From Promethearchaeia archaeon (lineage in GTDB: Archaea > Asgardarchaeota > Lokiarchaeia > Sigyniarchaeales > SOKP01): a stretch of 32,000 nt of DNA. The stretch covers positions 1 through 32,000 of the forward strand of contig JAWOFX010000134.1 of NCBI GenBank assembly GCA_046497275.1. The letters are read 5' to 3'. Both the position numbers and the translations under genes were made by a program. Below the pieces are notes generated by a model. The model worked only from the letters and a program-made list of their open reading frames with translations. It did no database searches and had not been told where the DNA came from. This document shows, piece after piece, positions 27,256-32,000 of this stretch; within the stretch, counting starts at the first letter, position 1; every line of letters starts with the position of its first letter.

Positions 27256-28764
27256 ATGAGTGAAAGGATGAATGTATTATTTATAATTACAGACCAACAG
27301 AGAGCAGATCACTTAGGATGCTACGGAAACCCAATATTAAATACTCCTAATATTGATAAGATCGCGGATGAGGGAGTACGCTTTACAAATGCGTATTGTG
27401 CAAATCCTATGTGCATGCCAAATCGTGCAACGTTGTTAACGGGTTTATTTCCTAATGCACATGGAGTCAGGAGTAACGGAATAAATCTTCCTGAAGATAT
27501 TCCTACTATTGCTGAAACTTTACGAGAAAGAGGATGGTATACGAAGTCTATAGGAAAAACCCATTATCAATTTAATTTTCCTCCTTATAAACGATCTTCA
27601 GAATCAGCGGAATTGATCTCTGAATGGATTCGACCTAAAACTGTGGAGAAAAAGAAAAAACGGTTTGAATCTCCTTATTATGGATTTGAAGATGTCGAAA
27701 TTACACTAGGTCATGGAGATTTAGTCGCTGGGCATTATCTTGATTGGTTAGAAGAACGATCTCCGAAACACGCTCTTGAGATTAAGAAACGATTTACTAA
27801 ATTTTTTGATAATCTTATGTATGAAACATCATTGCCAATAGAATTATATCCGACTACTTATGTAAAAGAGAGAACCATCAATTTCTTTGAAAAATATAAA
27901 AAAGGAGATTTTGAAGATAAACCATTCTTTCTTCATTGTTCTTTTCCTGATCCGCATCATCCTGTCTGTCCCCCCGGAAATTATTATGATATGTTTGATC
28001 AAGATAAAATTGAATTACCAGAAAGTTTCGATGATGCTGAGAATCTTTACGACCATCATTTTCTGGGAAGATATTTAAAAGACCCAATATTTCGTGGGGC
28101 TTTACTACGAGAATCCTCTGAAGAAGATGCTAAGAAATTCCTTGCACTTACATACGGTTCAATTTCTATGATCGATCATAGTGTAGGGGAGATATTAGCC
28201 TCCTTAAGTAAATTGGGATTAGAAGATAATACTATGGTGATTTATACGAGCGATCATGGTGATTTAGCGGGAGATCATGGACTATTGCTTAAAGGCCCAT
28301 CACCCTATAAAGGTATACTTAATGTTCCATTGATTTGGAAAGTGCCAGAGATAACAGAAAAAGGTATTTCGGATTCTTTAATCAGTTCAGTTGATATTCC
28401 AAAAACAATATTGGAATTATTGAACATAAAGGAGCGCCACCAACCACCCGATATGCAGGGTTATGATATGACACCCATTTTACAGAATCCAAACGAGACG
28501 GTTAGAGATTGTTGTTTGATTGAGGAAGACGAGGAAGTAACAAATATTCAAATACGACTACGTCATTTAATCACAGATAAATATAAATTAACGGTTTACG
28601 AGGGATTTGATAAAGGTGACCTTTATGATTTAGAAGCGGATCCGAATGAATTAAATAATTTATGGGATACACAGAAGGAGATACGTAAGGAGTTGGTTTA
28701 TAAGTTATTACAAGAAAATCTAAAAGTGCAAGCAAGATACCCAAAACGAGAATCTCTTACATAG
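27256..28764 (+). CDS. Formylglycine-dependent (Cys-type) sulfatase, paralog B
   Basis: NVLFIITDQQR, YCANPMCMPNRA, IGKTH, SFPDPHHP, YTSDHGD, YDLEADPNELNNLW; colinear with 16026..17540. Confidence 0.93.
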   Translation: MSERMNVLFIITDQQRADHLGCYGNPILNTPNIDKIADEGVRFTNAYCANPMCMPNRATLLTGLFPNAHGVRSNGINLPEDIPTIAETLRERGWYTKSIGKTHYQFNFPPYKRSSESAELISEWIRPKTVEKKKKRFESPYYGFEDVEITLGHGDLVAGHYLDWLEERSPKHALEIKKRFTKFFDNLMYETSLPIELYPTTYVKERTINFFEKYKKGDFEDKPFFLHCSFPDPHHPVCPPGNYYDMFDQDKIELPESFDDAENLYDHHFLGRYLKDPIFRGALLRESSEEDAKKFLALTYGSISMIDHSVGEILASLSKLGLEDNTMVIYTSDHGDLAGDHGLLLKGPSPYKGILNVPLIWKVPEITEKGISDSLISSVDIPKTILELLNIKERHQPPDMQGYDMTPILQNPNETVRDCCLIEEDEEVTNIQIRLRHLITDKYKLTVYEGFDKGDLYDLEADPNELNNLWDTQKEIRKELVYKLLQENLKVQARYPKRESLT

Positions 28765-28884
28765 GAGATCAATAAAACTATTCATAATTTTTAGAATTTC
28801 AATTTTTCTTTTAAAAAATATTTCTACTTTTTTTCTAAAAAAATAAAATGAGTATTTAGAATTATTAATTTAATTATTTGTGTT

Positions 28885-29598
28885 CTACTCTTCCTTAGTA
28901 ATAAAACGCTTCATCCAGTCAGGTAAAGCAAATCCTGCATATACTCCAAATAAACTTGGTATGAAAAATATCAGAGGTAACACCGAAATATTTGTAATTG
29001 AAAAGAAAACTCCTCCCACAGCAAACAATATGACTCCTAGTAATATCATTTTTGCTTTAAATCTAACTTCTGCGCTCGGAGAATCTTTAGATTTATACCA
29101 AATCAAGAATCCTGTTAATAATAAGATAACAAGTCGAATTAAATTGCGAATTCTTAGAAATAAGCCATGGGATGCCATAATCGTTCCACTTATGCTTCCT
29201 ATCAACGGTTGATTAGTAAATAAGAGTACATAAAATAATATTATTAAAATTATGAGATATACTGAATATATCCCAATAATTATTTTCTTTTTGCTTTTAT
29301 AAGTCATGTCTGTAAACGCCAAAAGCCAAAAGAAAATACCAAACGTAAATCCATAACCCAAGATGTAGTATATCTCAAATGGAAGTGCTTGACTAACGAT
29401 TAGAAACGAAATAAACGAAATAGATATAGGTAACCAAGGAAAGGACATGAAAAAGATTGCGATACCCGTGTATAATAAACGCTTATCTTTATATTTATAA
29501 TAATTCCTAAGAATTGATATTCCTATATAGAAGAAAAAAACGTTTATTATTATAGCGACGATTCCATTAAAAAATTCTATAGGTGGTAATGTTGCCAT
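28885..29598 (-). CDS. Uncharacterized ~7-TM membrane protein
   Basis: Seven hydrophobic segments separated by basic loops; no catalytic motif recognised. Confidence 0.75.
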   Translation of the reverse strand: MATLPPIEFFNGIVAIIINVFFFYIGISILRNYYKYKDKRLLYTGIAIFFMSFPWLPISISFISFLIVSQALPFEIYYILGYGFTFGIFFWLLAFTDMTYKSKKKIIIGIYSVYLIILIILFYVLLFTNQPLIGSISGTIMASHGLFLRIRNLIRLVILLLTGFLIWYKSKDSPSAEVRFKAKMILLGVILFAVGGVFFSITNISVLPLIFFIPSLFGVYAGFALPDWMKRFITKEE

Positions 29599-29602
29599 TT
29601 TT

Positions 29603-29618
29603 TAATCATTAATGATTA
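29603..29618. promoter_or_regulatory. Perfect 16-bp palindrome next to the 7TM gene start
   Basis: TAATCATTAATGATTA, 4 nt from the ATG at 29598, in the divergent 7TM/OsmC intergenic region; AT-rich, so chance is possible. Confidence 0.3.
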
Positions 29619-29775
29619 TTTTTGAACTACTTATATAAGTTTCAACATAAATATATTTCGAATACCATAAAGTCCAAATTTTCTATTAAGATGAAAATTT
29701 ATTTAGTCCAATGAAGAATTATATTAATTAATCTACCCAAATAATAGGTATTAAACAAAAAATAGAGTGAATAGT

Positions 29776-30234
29776 ATGGTACATGAAGAAAATACTAAGG
29801 TTAGTATTCAGCTTGATAAGGATTTAATTTTTAAGTCTCTTTTTGATTTTGAAAAAACAAGAGAAATTTTTATAGATGAGACATTAGAGGAGACCGAACA
29901 AATGATTGGTCCCGATGCAGCAACCTTATTAGGCATGACCGTTATCAGTTGCTTAAGCGCGAGCTTTATATTCTGCTTAAATAAAAGAAATCTCACGATA
30001 GATGATTTAGAAGCTTCAGCAGATATTTCTTTTTACAAAACAGAAAAGGGATATCAACGCATTGAGAATATAGATGTGAAAATGAAACCGAAAACAGATG
30101 ATCCTGATGTTTTAAAAAGGATAAAGCAATGTACTCGGGAGATGAGAAGCGGGGATATGTTTTTTGAGGAAACTTGCATAATCACTCCATCAGTAAGAGA
30201 AGGCATCAATATTAAGGTAAATGTTGATTTATAA
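29776..30234 (+). CDS. OsmC/Ohr family protein
   Basis: GPDAATLLGMTVISCLSASF and ETCIITPSV hold the two OsmC Cys; ATG 29776 preferred over GTG 29767. Confidence 0.82.
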   Translation: MVHEENTKVSIQLDKDLIFKSLFDFEKTREIFIDETLEETEQMIGPDAATLLGMTVISCLSASFIFCLNKRNLTIDDLEASADISFYKTEKGYQRIENIDVKMKPKTDDPDVLKRIKQCTREMRSGDMFFEETCIITPSVREGINIKVNVDL

Positions 30235-30344
30235 TCATCTAATTTTTTATAAAAATATAAGAAATAAAAATAGAAGTTAAAATTTTAAGATAAAATTTAG
30301 TTGTTAGAAATGGAGAATCAATTTTTAAAATTAAAGAAAAAGAG

Positions 30345-30824
30345 TTATTGGCTTTTATTTTTAATTTCTTGAACAAATTGATCGATTTTTTCTTGGTATT
30401 TATCTTCCTCTATTTCTTTTTGGATAATATGAGCTGTAGCGATAGGATCCTTTCCACAAAATTCACTAATGCTTTCGATCAATGGATCCCCTTTTTTTCC
30501 AGAAGATGTTATTAAAATGGCCACTTTATTTAGTTGATCCTTATATCTTGTAATATAAGTTCTAAGAGCAGGGGTCATTTTCCCAGCCCAAGTGGGCGTC
30601 CCTAAAATTATTAAACCATAATTACTCGGGTCTTTTTCCATATCTTCAATTTCTGTCAATTTTTCACGAACCGCCTGATATCCAGAATAAAACCATCTAA
30701 CAAATCCGGATCGTTTTGTCTTGTCAATTATCTCATCCAGCTCAGCATCTAATTTCGCCGCGATTTCTTCTGCCATTTTTTTTGTATTTCCCGTTCTTGT
30801 GTAGTAAACTACTAAAGTATTCAT
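30345..30824 (-). CDS. Flavodoxin
   Basis: VVYYTRTGNTKKMAEEIA (FMN phosphate loop), ILGTPTWAGKM; GAGGT SD upstream. Confidence 0.92.
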   Translation of the reverse strand: MNTLVVYYTRTGNTKKMAEEIAAKLDAELDEIIDKTKRSGFVRWFYSGYQAVREKLTEIEDMEKDPSNYGLIILGTPTWAGKMTPALRTYITRYKDQLNKVAILITSSGKKGDPLIESISEFCGKDPIATAHIIQKEIEEDKYQEKIDQFVQEIKNKSQ

Positions 30825-31004
30825 AATTATATACCTCTTTTTAAAAATTATTTATTAAGTAATTAATCCTTTATTCCTATTTTTTATAAATTAATTTTGT
30901 TGCCATGTCTTAAAAATTCTTAGAGGATAGTATCAAAATTTTATATTAACCAATAATTTCTTAAAATAGTTGAGTTTCACTAGTTTCTTATCATATGTGA
31001 TATT

Positions 31005-31814
31005 ATGAAGATTCTCGTTGCTGGATTGAGAGATTACAAATCGGGAAAAACGACACTTACCTTATCATTAATGAGGTTTTTCACAGAGAAAGATATATCT
31101 GTTTGTGGCTTTAAACCTAAATCAGGGAATAATCTATGGTATCATTGGAAAAATATTAAAAAAGCTCTTGAAGAAGGAACACTTTATGGAACAGATGCTA
31201 TAGCTTTACATGAAGAAATGGAAAGAAAAGTTCCTATAACCCTCATAAATCCAGTACATCGTTTATGGATGCCAAATAGCGATAAAATAAATTTTGGAGG
31301 ATTGCCTAACTTTATATTGGATCGATTAACTCTGGACAATGAACAAATCATTGCAATTAATAACCATATAAAATCTCCTGTTGATGATAAATATTTTAAA
31401 AAATTAATCTCGCACAGTAAAATTATGGATATACAAAATCGTGAGGATTTACAAAAATTAACACCTCTCTATGAAAAAGCAGATAAATCAGCAGAGAAAA
31501 AACTTCTTGAAGAGTTTGATATAGTCATTTGCGAAAGTTATGCGAATACTGGATTACCTTGGGACGGTATTAATGAAATTGATTATGTTTTCGTAATAGA
31601 ACCCTTTTATCTTAGAATATATGATGGAGAACGATATCTAGAAGCTTCTAGATTAGTTTCTACTATTAGAATAGAGCAAACCACACAAGAAATTGTGGAA
31701 CCTATTAAACCGTTAAAATCAGTTAAAATTCCTCCGTTCTCTGAAAAAATCATTGATGAGTTTAAAAAATATTTAGAACCTCAAATACAAGATCTATTCT
31801 ATGATTTTCTTTAA
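31005..31814 (+). CDS. Archaeal P-loop NTPase (COG4028-like, BioD/CobQ-type fold)
   Basis: ILVAGLRDYKSGKTT, GFKPKSGNNLW, INPVHRL, ICESY. Confidence 0.75.
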   Translation: MKILVAGLRDYKSGKTTLTLSLMRFFTEKDISVCGFKPKSGNNLWYHWKNIKKALEEGTLYGTDAIALHEEMERKVPITLINPVHRLWMPNSDKINFGGLPNFILDRLTLDNEQIIAINNHIKSPVDDKYFKKLISHSKIMDIQNREDLQKLTPLYEKADKSAEKKLLEEFDIVICESYANTGLPWDGINEIDYVFVIEPFYLRIYDGERYLEASRLVSTIRIEQTTQEIVEPIKPLKSVKIPPFSEKIIDEFKKYLEPQIQDLFYDFL

Positions 31815-31852
31815 AAAGGATTAATTGTTAAATAACGCTTATTAAAAGTTAT

Positions 31853-32000
31853 TCATCTAAGAATCCATTTTGGCACGGTTGCTTGATAGGATTTATACTC
31901 TTCTCCAAACATTTCAAATAAAATGTTTTCCTCAAAGTTAACCATTCTATTGTAAACCAAAAAGATCACAAGAATAAATGCAGCAGAAATCAGAGATATT
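31853..32000 (-). CDS. C-terminus of an isoprenylcysteine carboxyl methyltransferase (ICMT/PEMT) family membrane protein; 5' part outside the window
   Basis: Hand translation ISLISAAFILVIFLVYNRMVNFEENILFEMFGEEYKSYQATVPKWILR* matches the EExxLxxxFGxxYxxYxxxVPxW signature; TGA at 31855-31853. Confidence 0.8.
   Translation of the reverse strand, partial: ISLISAAFILVIFLVYNRMVNFEENILFEMFGEEYKSYQATVPKWILR

Noticed and set aside
984-30000. Many 60-110 aa ORFs in the track (e.g. 984..1178, 1078..1284, 2581..2808, 9163..9459, 9966..10268, 23626..23847, 26185..26454, 28880..29212)
   Set aside because: They are antisense or alternate-frame shadows overlapping well-supported genes, with no motifs or plausible translation signals.
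1-32000. Selenocysteine recoding, tRNA/ncRNA, CRISPR array, IS or integrase
   Set aside because: No in-frame TGA splitting a conserved domain, no GC-rich structured island, no regularly spaced repeats and no transposase motifs were seen by eye. tRNAscan or Infernal would be needed for certainty.
31853-32000. ICMT-like gene as a eukaryotic signature protein
   Set aside because: The ICMT/PEMT family is widespread in prokaryotes, and only 48 residues are visible.

Overview
AT-rich, gene-dense prokaryotic DNA. It is most likely from an Asgard archaeon (Lokiarchaeia/Promethearchaeota). This is an inference from archaeal GGTGA Shine-Dalgarno and TTTATAAA TATA-like elements, a COG4028-type ATPase, wHTH-V4R-like and 7TM hypothetical proteins, and expansions of sulfatase, DUF169, URO-D-like and RdhA-like families. 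About 29 CDS are present; no rRNA, tRNA, CRISPR array or mobile element was seen. Left to right: partial Zn-dependent dehydrogenase with no canonical start codon; HtpG/Hsp90 with acidic charged insertions; ferredoxin-nitroreductase; sulfatase; URO-D/MtaA-like protein; PadR-ABC-glycoprotein operon with a tandem palindromic operator; an apparent light-stress operon (Stay-green Mg-dechelatase homolog, class II CPD photolyase, TudS-DUF1722/RudS-like desulfidase, racemase) followed by ferritin. Next comes a 13.5 kb divergent 12-gene cluster: two paralogous formylglycine sulfatases, an alkylsulfatase-like and an RNase Z/arylsulfatase-like metallo-beta-lactamase, three DUF169 paralogs, two RdhA/QueG-like Fe-S proteins, a polyferredoxin-like protein, an MFS transporter and a regulator. 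The window ends with a 7TM protein, OsmC, flavodoxin, a P-loop NTPase and a partial ICMT-family gene. The best candidates for undescribed systems are the sulfatase/DUF169/RdhA-like cluster (hypothesis: coupled desulfation and reductive dehalogenation) and the Stay-green/photolyase/RudS operon. All family assignments come from motif recognition by eye; no searches were run.
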